From: Lytechinus pictus
Lineage: Eukaryota
NCBI RefSeq assembly: GCF_037042905.1
Contig: NC_087245.1
Location: 42,906,001 to 42,970,000, forward strand
DNA length: 64,000 nt
Direction: 5' to 3'
The position numbers and the translations under genes were made by a program. This document shows, piece after piece, positions 1 through 11,004 of this stretch; the stretch's first letter is position 1, and each line of letters opens with the position of its first letter. A model generated the notes under the pieces. That model ran no database searches and was not told the DNA's origin. It was given only the letters and a program-made list of their open reading frames with translations.

Positions 1-599
1 GTAGCACAAACTGAAAGTAGCATGTACATGTATCTTCTCTCAACTACTATAAAGAATAAAAAGCATAGTACAGGTAAGTTAAAAACTTCAGTAAGCATCA
101 AATGCAGTTGTCTTTCATGAAAATGTTACCTCACAGTGTATTAACTCTTTGTTCAACTAGAGTGCAATACAGCCGACTGCAAATTTCAACTCAAGCCTCA
201 TTTCATTCACAATATACACAAAATATACTGTACAGACACACTCAATAGTGATGCTTCACATTGTACAGGCTACACACAAAGCTTTTCTTATATGTAACAA
301 TAAACCAATCAAAAGATATTGTGATTTGAATTAGCGCAATCCATATGAAACCTCCAGGTCGCACCCCAAAAATACATGTGGAATAGGAGGGATTACATGT
401 ATGTCTGTGGTAGGCTAAGAGTTAGGAATCAATAGTGTCATCATCGTAAAAAAAATATTTTGTGGAATCATTTACACCACTTACAGCTGCTTGTGGTTAC
501 ACTAAGGCAAGGACTAAAGCTACATTAATTAACCTTGGTGAATTCAAGGTAATCTTATCATGGAGCAATGAATTAAAGGCTTGTCCAAGGTTTACTGAC

Positions 600-744
600 C
601 CGCAATGAGGATTCTTTCTGGTACATTCATGGCATGTGCTGGACTCCCTTCAAAGCTCTCTGTATTCAAACCAAAGTTTTGTGTTGGTGACGGTGGATCT
701 GCCATAAATGGCTCCTCTGGTTCCATGCTAAGCCTTGATGGTAT
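600..744 (-). CDS. MFF: MFF second coding exon
   Basis: Acceptor ccttcttgtcttag| at 746-745, 145 nt open, ends ...MNVPERILIA G|gtcagt (phase 1). Confidence 0.85.
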
Positions 745-2856
745 CTAAGACAAGAAGGATTAGTTATTATTATCTTATTTGGCATCTTCATAAAGAATGT
801 AAAGTCATTATTCTAACTTATTTTTCTTCAATTTTCAATTACATTCCTTTTATGAATATTCATGTGATTTTTTAATACATGATTAATTAGTTCGTGCTCA
901 TGTGATTAAAACATATCCTGGGGCCAAACTGCGCATTGCATAATGACATTTTGAGCAAACAAAGTTGTCCCTAAAAATGTAATTATATATATTCAGAGTT
1001 CTTGCCGAGTCTCAGGCACATCGAACGGTGAGTTGTTTCTACCGGGTAACCATCACGAAGCAGACACTGAAAAATTTCCAGTGAGTGCAGTGGCTGACAA
1101 AATTTGGTCAAGAATTGGGGGTTGCAGACCAACTCGGGTATGATTACCCCAATTTATTATACAGACCTTAATAAAGAAGAGAACAAATATGTCAGGCATT
1201 TCTTTTGAAAGCATCATAGCCTTGTAAGGGAATAATTATTTTTTGAATTTTTTGGAAATGTGAATATTTTTTTTACTCGTTTTGTTGTTGCATCATATTA
1301 TCCTTTCTATGTTTGTATATTTTTTAAGGATGTCAAATAAAAAAATTGAATTAAATTATTCACCCTCATTTGAACTGACAATATTACTATTCTTCTTGTT
1401 GATTGCCCTAATACAACCCCTAACAAGAGTGTCGCTATTAGGCGAGAACATAATACGCCCGCCTGTAACGTGGAATATTGAGTTATTTGTCAAGCAAGAA
1501 AAGTTGAAGGAAGTGACTTCACCTTTGACCTTCTGACCTCAAAATCAATAGAATTGCTGGGATCAACGCTAGTATCATACACACCAAATTATATGAGCCT
1601 AGGTTAAGTTGAACTGAAGTTATCGCATTTACAAGGACTGCAGAAGGGTAAGATGAAAATATATCAGTGTGATCTTAACCTTTGTCCTTTTGACCAAAAA
1701 ATCAATAGGCTTCCTGGGATCCATGCTAGTATCATACACACCAAATTATATGAGCCTAAGTTAAGTTGAACTGAAGTTTTCGCGTTTACAAGGACTGGAG
1801 AAGGGTAAGATGAAAATATGTCACTGTGACCTTGACCTTTGTCCTTTTGACCTCAAAATCTATAGGCTTCCTGGGATCCATGCTAGTATCATACACACCA
1901 AATTATATGAGCCTAAGTTAAGTTAAACTGAAGTTATCGCGTTTACAAGGAATGCAGAAGGGTAAAATGAAAACATGTCACTCTGGCCTTGACCTTTTGA
2001 CCTCTGGGATCCATGCTTTATCATACATACCAAATTATATGAGCCTAGGTTAAGTTAAACTGAAGTTATCGCGTTTACAAGGACTGCAGAAGGGTAAGAT
2101 GAAAACGTGTCACTGTGACCTTGACCTTTGACATTTTGACCTCAAAATAAAAAGGCTTCCTGGGATCAAGGCAAGTATCATACACACCAAATTATTTGAG
2201 CCTAGACAAAGTTAAACTAAATTTATCGCATTTACAAGGACTTCAGAAGGGCAAGATAAAAACATGTCAGTGTGACCTTGACCTGGCTTCCTGGGATCCA
2301 TGCTAGTATCATACGCACCAAATTATATGAGCCTAGGTTATAGAATTAAACTGACCTTTGGACCTCATAATCAATAGGCTTCCTGGGATTCATGCTAGTA
2401 TCATACACACCAAATTCTATGAAGTTATTGCGTTTACAAGGAAAAGTTAACGGATGGACGGACAGAAGGACGGACACTGAGCGTGATACCATAAAACGTC
2501 CCATCTAGACGGGCGTATAAAAAACAAAATTAACAGTTTTCCAGTCCAACCTTGTACAAATAATTCCCTATCATACTTTCTCAAAGCTTGGTACATTTTT
2601 ATGATACAGTCTAATGCCTGGAGTTGGATTCAAAGCTATGTGCCTCTGACTTAAAGACAGGAATGAAACCTTGTGTTTCACATCAACACACAGTGATGCC
2701 TTTCACAAATATGGTAAAATTGTAAAAGACTGTTTTAATTACCTGCATTTTCCTGTTGACATCAGTGCTGAAGTCTGTGCTGTACTGTATGTGATGAAGC
2801 TCATCCATCTCCCCTTGAAGTTGGTTCACGATTGATGGTTTATCTGTGGATCCCAT
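600..2856 (-). CDS. MFF: Mitochondrial fission factor, N-terminal coding part (exons 2856-2743 and 744-600; gene continues past the window start)
   Basis: Spliced translation MGSTDKPSIVNQLQGEMDELHHIQYSTDFSTDVNRKMQ|IPSRLSMEPEEPFMADPPSPTQNFGLNTESFEGSPAHAMNVPERILIA(G). It matches the MFF N-terminal pattern (IQY..E/D...I/V...M.VP..L and MxVPERI.VAG, the two Drp1-recruiting repeats). GT-AG introns, phase 0 join. Confidence 0.85.
1422..2524 (-). mobile_element. Non-autonomous Helentron / DINE-1-like element (HINE) with internal 157-bp tandem array
   Basis: On the minus strand: TTTTTATACGCCCGTC start, partial inverted copy, (GTCC)-type microsatellite (about 2450-2476), TGACCT-rich tandem units (anchors at 1571, 1728, 1885), second subTIR CGGGCGTAT, 3' stem-loop and CTTGTT end. 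Confidence 0.75.
2743..2856 (-). CDS. MFF: MFF first coding exon (exon starts at 2875 with 19 nt of 5' UTR)
   Basis: Acceptor ...ttctaacag| at 2877-2876, in-frame upstream TGA, ATG at 2856, donor CAG|gtaatt at 2742. 114 nt = 38 codons. Confidence 0.85.
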
Positions 2857-3135
2857 TGGGGTCAAAGGTCAGAATCTGTTAGAATCAATAAAGGTGAACA
2901 AACCATGCAGACACAGATGAAACACCATGCTGTTAAATGAATATGATTTTGGTTTTTAATTTATGAAAGAGAAAGATACAAGTTTGTACACTGTGCATGT
3001 GAATTCGCTTTGCAGAAATCAAATGCACATTTTCATCTGTGGCTAGCAACCCAAAATCAACAATAAGCATAAGCTGCTAGAGAAGTTTCCTTTAAAGTAT
3101 AAATAGTGAAAATAGAAATTTGGTCTACAAAGAGC

Positions 3136-4028
3136 AACAAGTGGAGCGCCTCTGGCAGTCTCACCTGCATCGCGCGATTCAATAAAGCAGCAGTGCTGAC
3201 TTTGAAAACTACAGTACTATAAAACAATTATTCACAAAAAACACCATTCATATACTACGTTCAATGACATTTGACCTTGATCATGCGACCTAAGACTTGT
3301 CAGTTATACTTGATTACCTCTATATCCACATTTTATAAACTATAAACTTTGAAAGTTATGACAGCAATCTAATAATTACCTCCAAAATGGCCAAAGTTCA
3401 ATGACCTTAAATGACCTTTCACTTAGGTCATGTGACCTGAAACACGCATGAGATGTTTAGTTATACTTGATTATACTTATACTTGATGTCCAAGTTTTAT
3501 GAAATAGATCCATACACTTACAGAGTTATGATGGTATGTCCAAGTTTCATGAATCAGATCCATAAACTTTCAAAGTAATGATGGTAATTCAACAAACACC
3601 CCCATTATGGCCAAAGTTCATTAACCTTTGACCTTGGGCATGTGACGTGAAACTCAAGCAGGATGTTCTGTAATACATGATTAACCTTAAATGTCTAAGT
3701 TTCATGAACTAGGTCCATATATTTTCTAAGTTATGATGACATTTCAAAAACTTAACGTTAGGTTAAGATTTTGATGTTGATTCTCCCAACATGATCTATA
3801 AAGTTCATTGACCCTAAATGACCTTTGACCTTGGTCATGTGACCTGAAACTCAGCAGGATGTTCAGTAATACCTATGGCCAAGTTTCATGAACTAGGTCC
3901 ATAGACTTTCCAAGTTATGCTGTCATTTAAAAAACTTAACCTTTGGTTAAGATTTGGTGTTGACGCTGCCGCCGTCGTCGGAAAAGCGGCGCCTATGGTC
4001 TCACTCCGCTTTGCAGGTGAGACAAAAA
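3136..4028 (-). mobile_element. Second HINE family member
   Basis: subTIRs GTCTCACCTGC (3158) / GCAGGTGAGAC (4013), T-run and AACAAG termini, internal TGACCTT..TCATGTGACCTGAAAC repeats. Confidence 0.7.
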
Positions 4029-4036
4029 TTATCTCT

Positions 4037-6262
4037 GGGCGATTCCACACTAGATCTTCAAAAATATCATAAATTTCAACATGCTTTCAAGAAGTCATAA
4101 GTAGTGTAATATTTTACAATTATACCTAAATCTTATGAAAATTATGAGTTTTAACCAAAAGTGAAGTCAGATATAGTTTTTCTTGGGGGGAACAATGGAA
4201 TTTTAAATTTTCAATAATTTTGCTAATTAAATAGTCAAGTACAAAGACTGCCTGAAACAATTATTGGCAAAGCACGAGAAGATTGAAAATATTGCAGGTC
4301 AATGGAATAATGTATCATTGATGGTTCCAAATAATATCTACAACATTTTCATGATCCGTAATAGGGGCAGCCCTGATTTTTCTGAACCTATTTTTGGCAA
4401 TGTCCCGTACGACACATGAAAAGGCAAAAGTTTTTCATACAAATTTATTTTTGATGATGCAATTTCACAATATCAGTTTCTCTTTCTGTGACCCATGGGT
4501 GATCGATTTATCCCATAAGGATCTAATCACTGCCCTTCATTTTTCAATAATTGTCCTATTAAAAGTTGTTTCGTACGACACAGTGTGTGTCGTACGGGAC
4601 ATGTCCCGTATGACACACAATATGAAATGCATTTAATTGCAGGATTTGGATTCAGAAACTATAAATAGTATGCCTATTTAAATTCAAGTAATTGATTTGA
4701 CATAAAGTTAACTGAAAAAATACTTTTTTATTTCCATAGAACATGAAATAGGTGATTCTAACTATTTTAATTGATTTCATGTAGGTGTATTCTTTTGTGA
4801 ATCCCTTCAGCTAAACTGGTGATTTTCACTGGTCAGAGCAGGTTAATTTCATTGTCACTGAGCATGAAAAGAAAACCTTTATAATCGATTCACCCTAGCC
4901 TGGAAGATGACTTCCTCTTGCATGCTAATGTGGAATTATTATAAGATGTAAAAAAAAAAATACATATCAATCAACTATTTGGACTTCCCTTGATGATCAC
5001 TAATTTTTTTTTGTATTGAAACTCCTTACTTTTTTCAAGTTGTAAAAAAAATCTGGAAAATAAGACAAACCATGTTGTTCAAAAAAATTCTGGAGAATAA
5101 GACAAACCATATGGTTTCATGAAATGCAGAAAGGTTTGAAAACGTAGAACCGCACTTCTTTAGAAAAAAAAAATGGAATTACACATGAGAGTTGTGACAT
5201 ATATCATGTATACATATAGATACATTTTATATGAAAAATTATAACATTTTAGCCCCATAATTTACACAAACAGTTTCATTCATTCATTGTTTAAATAGTG
5301 TATTGGAAATCATCAGTTAATTAACTAAAATATAGCTTCACACAAAACCTCAAGTTTTTCAGCTCATAAAAATGCTGTGAACCCTTGCACATTTCCCATC
5401 ATGAAAGAAAATGATAACATATTGCTCCCGATTGTTTATATTGAGGTTACTTAATTATATTGTCCTGAATGACTACTTATTAAAAGACTTTTCATTAAAA
5501 GGGAAGAATTTAGGGGCAATGCTCCCCTTCTGATTGATAAAAAGTTCATTGTTTTATTCAGACTGCCCAGTACAACACGCAAGTGCCTGTACACATACAA
5601 GTGTCCCGTACGACACACAAGTGTCCCGTACGACACTGTACACAGAAGTGTCCTGTACGACACACAAGTGTCCCGTACGACACATTATTTTGTTTATGAT
5701 ATATTGACAGAAACATTCAGCTAATAGCGGTTTCTAAAATAATGAATGTCTTTAGTTTGATAGGATTATCATTATCATCAGCCAAATAAAGTGATTGAAG
5801 AAGTCAAAGAGACATAAAGTAAGAAAGTTTGGCTTCAATTTAGAGATGTCCCGTACGAAACATTTTGAGTGTCCCGTACGCCACAATGTTCGCGAAAATT
5901 GTAATTTGCTTTATTTATTCATGAATGTTTATTTGCTTTCTTTTATAGACGTGTTTGTTCTTGGGTAATTGAATATCAATTTGAGTTCAGTTTCTATGAA
6001 AATTATCTGTCCAACTCACAGACTTTAGAGTACAAACTTGAGGTTTCGAAAAAAGCCACTTTTTCTGCGTCCGTACGACACATTACTATTTTAAATCTGT
6101 ATTATACAGGATGTGAATTCAAGTCATGTTAAGTCTTGGTTTTTCTAACACTCTGGTAGTACTTGATGATCACCTTTAGTTACTGGAATATTTTTAGTTT
6201 TTCTTGTCAAAAAACTGTCAAATGTTCTCTAAATGTCCCGTACGACACGTATGGAATCACCC
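4037..6262. mobile_element. Non-autonomous TIR DNA transposon, Sola2-like
   Basis: TIRs GGGCGATTCCACAC / GTATGGAATCACCC (12/14), 4-bp TSD CTCT (4033-4036, 6263-6266), about a dozen internal GTCCCGTACGACAC-type motifs. The superfamily call rests only on GRG ends plus the 4-bp TSD. Confidence 0.6.
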
Positions 6263-6272
6263 CTCTTGATTT

Positions 6273-6392
6273 AAGGTGACGAGGTAAACTATCACTTTCT
6301 CGGCAAGCTGGATGTACTCACTATCTTCCTCAGCTCCACTTCGGAAAGATAGCTACATCCAGCTTGCCTCGTGATAGTTTGCCCATCACCTT
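6273..6392. repeat. 120-nt imperfect palindrome (long hairpin)
   Basis: Nested pairs AAGGTGA/TCACCTT, AAACTATCAC/GTGATAGTTT, GGCAAGCTGGATGTA/TACATCCAGCTTGCC, CTATCTT/AAGATAG. Confidence 0.8.
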
Positions 6393-6922
6393 CACCAATG
6401 GAGATTATTTGCTTAAAGTACCCCTTCCGGTATCAGCACTTTCTCACTAGCATTGCAGGAAGAGGTCTTGACTGCAGATAAAACAAGTTGAGTTTGAGTC
6501 CCAAATAAGGTAAGCAACAGTAAAAAAAAAATGATCTGAAGCGAACGAACCGGAAGTCTCAACAATCTTTTCTTATTTTTGGTGGGGGGGGGGGGGTGCA
6601 TATGGAACTCTTTCCCCATTGCTTTATTCAAGTTTGGATTAACGACTAACGTTAGATCTCACTCATTGTATGAGTGAGATCTTTATCATGCCGCCGCGCA
6701 CAAAAAAATGAAGCCCTAGAAGTCGTGTGTTGTGGACGCCAGAAGTGGCGTCGCAGCACGCAAGACCCACTAGTTAGAAATCCACAGTCAAACGCGGTTC
6801 TTTGTGCGAGGTTAGTAAAAGTATACTCGCACTAGTGTGAGTGGTTGGATGTAGATCTAACGTTAAAACTTAGAATCTCTAACATACACTGTAAGTTGAA
6901 AGTAAAAATATGAATTCAGTAC

Positions 6923-7000
6923 CTCAAGAGGTGTTCATGTACGCTCCACTCCACTTCACTACCGCTACACTATGCTATACCTACCCGAACAAAAAATCAG
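6923..7000 (-). promoter_or_regulatory. Probable non-coding first exon / TSS region of MFF
   Basis: Candidate donor GAG|gtactg at 6922. The adjacent 6640-6900 is CpG-richer and carries TAGATCTA/TAACGTTA octamers. The upstream boundary is a guess. Confidence 0.35.
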
Positions 7001-7538
7001 ACAGTTTAATGAAGTGGTTGATGAGATAGACAAATCTTGCGGTCTATTGCATTTATTGGTGTCTATATTTTATCAAAAAATCATGGAAATTGCAAAATAC
7101 CGACGAGCTGAAATAAGGTTGTGAATTGTATAAGCGCCACCAACAACCTTCCTTTTATTTCCATGGAAGAGGCATGGGAAGCCACTTTCCAAGCCGAGGT
7201 CACTCTAGGGTTCATTACCATCCTGCCTGTGGGGAATATACACGTAGGAGTATGGTATGCCAATGCTGGACACAGCACACAATTTATAAAATCATTAAAA
7301 TATCACTTTTGTGACCAGAAATACTAATTTCCATACAGTTGCAATTCATTTTTCATCAGATTCTAGTAACTTGGGAGTAATTTTTGTATTCACCAGAGCG
7401 CTCGAAAACTAGAATTTTTGGCATATTTTTGTGAACGCCCTATATTGGTGGAAAGTAATATGGCAAGACAATTGTCATTTTTCTATCTCTATTTTTAATT
7501 AAGAAAAAATAATTTAAAGAATCAAATTTACTTAAGAG

Positions 7539-8384
7539 TAGGCCCGTTTTGAAAGTCCATTTTTGATGCACGTGTACACGGCGTGTTTTTCGGTCGTGTA
7601 CACGTGTACACGTTGTAAACACTCTGAGAGCGAGTTGTTTTCATGTCGACACGGACCTGCATCAACATGTCATTAAAAAGGGGGTCTATATAGCCTAAGT
7701 CACGGTTTTAAAGCTTACCAGAGAAGTTTGAAGTATCAATCCACAAAAATTGGTGCAAATTAAAAGTTTACTCAGCTTAGCAGCGCATTAAATTAATAAA
7801 GAATGCAAAAGAAAATCAGTGCAGGGCCCTGCTAGCGCCGACGCTCGTTGGATGCGCATTTTGTATACTGTACCGTACGTGCATGCACAGATCGCTGCAG
7901 AATTAAGTGTAACTGAAGTTATCGATTGATTTTCATTATTTTGTTGCCAATTTGAGGAGCGTTTGTTTGTAGGCTTGTAGCACATGTGTACGAGCGTATA
8001 ACACGTAAGTTGTAGCAATGATCGCTGTTGCAATTGGTGATTCTCAAATTGGCTATGAGTGTGATTGAGCAACACTTTCGAGACCGGAGGCGGAGCAGAC
8101 CCATTTCGTGGTACAAAAACTTGAGTCTCCAGAATGTATGTGGATTAAATCAGCGATTTTGGAAGTGAACTCACTCTAGATTAATTGAAATATATTGACA
8201 TATTAGTAATTAGAATATGTGCAGTGTCTGAGAACTATGATTTAATGTGAGGCTGTGAGCTTGTTCACTGATTTTGTAGTCCCATGCAAGCTTTATGCAG
8301 ATGCTACCGTGTACACGGTGATGGAATTTAGTACACGTGCACTGACTTGACCGTGCGTGTACACGTGTACCCGAAACGGGCCTA
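7539..8384. mobile_element. hAT-type MITE
   Basis: TIR TAGGCCCGTTT / AAACGGGCCTA, perfect 8-bp TSD CTTAAGAG (7531-7538, 8385-8392), subterminal GTGTACAC motifs. Confidence 0.85.
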
Positions 8385-9512
8385 CTTAAGAGCCAAGTTA
8401 TATAATGAATAGCTGTAATGGAAACTGACAGTGTCAAAAAATCAAGCATTTATCCCAAGAAAAAGAGAAAATAAGCCAAACATTGCCAACCTTATTCCAC
8501 CAGACAGGGAGTAGTAACATAGAACAACATTATATCATAACCTTGTTCATAGAATGAGTGGGCGGAGGTAAGCAATTTTGCTCTTTATGATTACGTGCTT
8601 TTAAAAAAAAATAACATAAAAAAAAATTATACCCATTATGAAGCGAAGTTAACCGACAACTCAAAATCCACTGCGTAAACACGTTCATACCTGTATGTAG
8701 TGCGAGGTTTTATTCGACATTCTTAAAGAGAGGTTTATAATATAGCATGCTAACCTCGCAATACATGTACACGCGTGTGAGTGATGTCTGTGGTAGGATG
8801 GGGGGTCGGTTACTGCGGCAGCCCGAACACGTACTAAAGACGTGTCGAGGTCCCCGGGGCAAGGGGGTCGGGTGTCTGGACATTTTATATTTTTGAAGCC
8901 TTCTTTTTTGTTTTTGCCTTTGGATTACACTAAAAATACGAAATCAATAGTTGTAATCATCTTCTAATTTGTTCTCTATAATATTTCCTGACATTTTGTA
9001 CTAAAAATTTATAAAACTTCCCTTGTAAATTTTTCCAAATCAATGACTTTCTAAAATTGATCGTCCGGACACACAACAACTGGGTATAACACTAACAGAA
9101 CTAAGTGGTAGTGGGAATACACATCACATGAATATGAATAGTGTAGCCCCACACCACGGTTTTGATGTACAGTTAGTGTAATAAGTTAGTGGAAAGAAGA
9201 GTTACCTTCCTTTCGAGCTTTCTGAGGCAATTTCAGTTCTAAAATCCAATCATACAGATATTTCTCTTCCTATTACATCTCAGAACATGAATTCCAAGGA
9301 GTTGGCTAATACCTGAGACTCTGAGTCTGAGACTGAGTGCTTCTTCGTAAAAATTGGTTTCGGAATCAGCTCAGCTCAGCGGACTGCTGGCATGCACTGC
9401 TCAGAAAATCCGGTACCGGTAAATATATAGGTCAAAGGTCGTCCCCCCGGGCCCCCCTTTTTTTTATCTCCGGCTCCCCGGCTTCTAATCGGCAATATAC
9501 ATATGAGCCCGA

Positions 9513-10230
9513 GCAGAGGGGGGGGAGGAAGAGAAGAAAAAAGAGGGGGAGAGGGGAAAGGAAGAGAAGAAAAAAGAGGGGGAGAGGGGGAAAGGAAGAG
9601 AAGAAAAAAGAGAGAGGAAGGGGGAGGAAAAGAAAAAAAAAGAGACAGGAAAAGGGGAAAGTAAAAGAAGAAAACGAAAGGAAAAGGGGAAAAGAAAAAG
9701 GAAAGAAGAGAGAGGAAAAGGGGGAAACGAAAAGAAAAAAGAGAGGAGAGGGGAAAGGAAGAGAAAGAAAGAGGGAAAAGGGAAAAGAAAGAAGAAAAGA
9801 TAAAAACAGAGAGAGGAAGGGGGAAAGGAAGAGAAGAAAAAAAAGGGGGAGAGGGGGAAAGGAAGAGAAGAAAAAAAAAGAGAGGAAGGGGGAGGAAAAA
9901 AAGGGACAGGAAAGGGGGAAAGTAAAAGAAGTAAAAGAGAGGAAAAGGGGAAAAGAAAAAAAAGAAATAAGAGAGAGGAAAAGGGGAAACGAAAAGAAGA
10001 AAGAGAGAGGAGAGGGGAAGGAAGAGAAGAAAAAAGAGGGAGGAAAAGGGGGAAAGAAGGGAAGAACAAAAAAGAGAGAGGGAGGGAGAGGGGGAAGAAA
10101 GAGACGAAAAAGTAGGGAAGGGGAGAAAGGAAGGGAAAAAGAACTGGAAAGAGAAAAAAGGAAATTAAGAAAAAAGGGGGACAGGATATATGAGAAAAGA
10201 GTAAGGAGGGGAAAAGAGAGGGAGAGGGAA
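9513..10230 (+). repeat. GA-rich polypurine low-complexity tract
   Basis: Almost only A and G, with internally duplicated blocks. It is the source of the spurious K/R/E/G and F/L/S/P ORFs. Confidence 0.9.
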
Positions 10231-10875
10231 AGCGCCAATTTCATGTTGACCGGAACGTCGATTTGAAGTTCGACAAAGGGGCGCCGAATCGATCTTCAAC
10301 CTAGGGGGGCGCCGAATTCAGATGTTCTACCTATAGGGGCGCCAGATGATCTTCAACCTTGGGGGCGCCGAATTGATGTTCTACCTAGGGGCGCCGAATT
10401 GAATTTTGACACAAGGGGCGCCGAATTAATGTTCGAACGGGGGGGGGGGGGGCGAATTGATGTTTAAACTACTTGGGGGAGGGCAAATTGGTGTTCGAAC
10501 TAGGGGCGCAAAATCGATGTCAGAACGGGGGGGGGGGCAAATTAAGATTAGAACTAAGGAGGAGGGAGCGCCAAATCGATGTTTGAACTAGGTGGCGCAA
10601 AATTGTTTTCGAACGGAGGGGGGGGGGGGGCGCCGAATTGATGTTCGAACTAGGGGGGCCAATTGATGTTCAAACTAGGGGCGCAAAATTGATGTTTGAA
10701 CTAGGAGGGGCCAAAATAATGTGCGAAATAGGGGTAAAGGCGCAAAGTTGATGTTCAAACTAGGGGTGCCAAATTAATGTTTGAATTAGGGGGCGCAAAA
10801 TTGATATTTGAACTGGGGGGCGCCGAACTGACGTTCGAACTAGAGGGGGTGCCAAAGCAATGTTTGAACTAGGGG
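10231..10875 (+). repeat. About 28-30-bp minisatellite (TTCGAACTAGGGGCGCCAAATTGATG-like), left part
   Basis: About 20 degenerate units. The array resumes at 17071 after the hAT insertion. Confidence 0.9.
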
Positions 10876-11004
10876 CTGTGGCGTAGTTACGGGTGGCCTG
10901 GGGGGCACATGCCCCCCCCTGAGATTTGGTGTGCCCCCCCCCCCTGAAAAAATTGGCGGAGCAAAAAAAAAAGAGAAAGAAGAAAAGAAAATTGATGTTT
11001 GATG

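Noticed and set aside
7081..7327. Three overlapping 62-68-aa ORFs upstream of MFF
   Set aside because: No recognisable domain or convincing splice sites.
9337..10266. 309-, 270- and 194-aa ORFs (K/R/E/G-rich or F/L/S/P-rich)
   Set aside because: Artefacts of a purine-only tract that cannot contain stop codons. Several frames are open on both strands.
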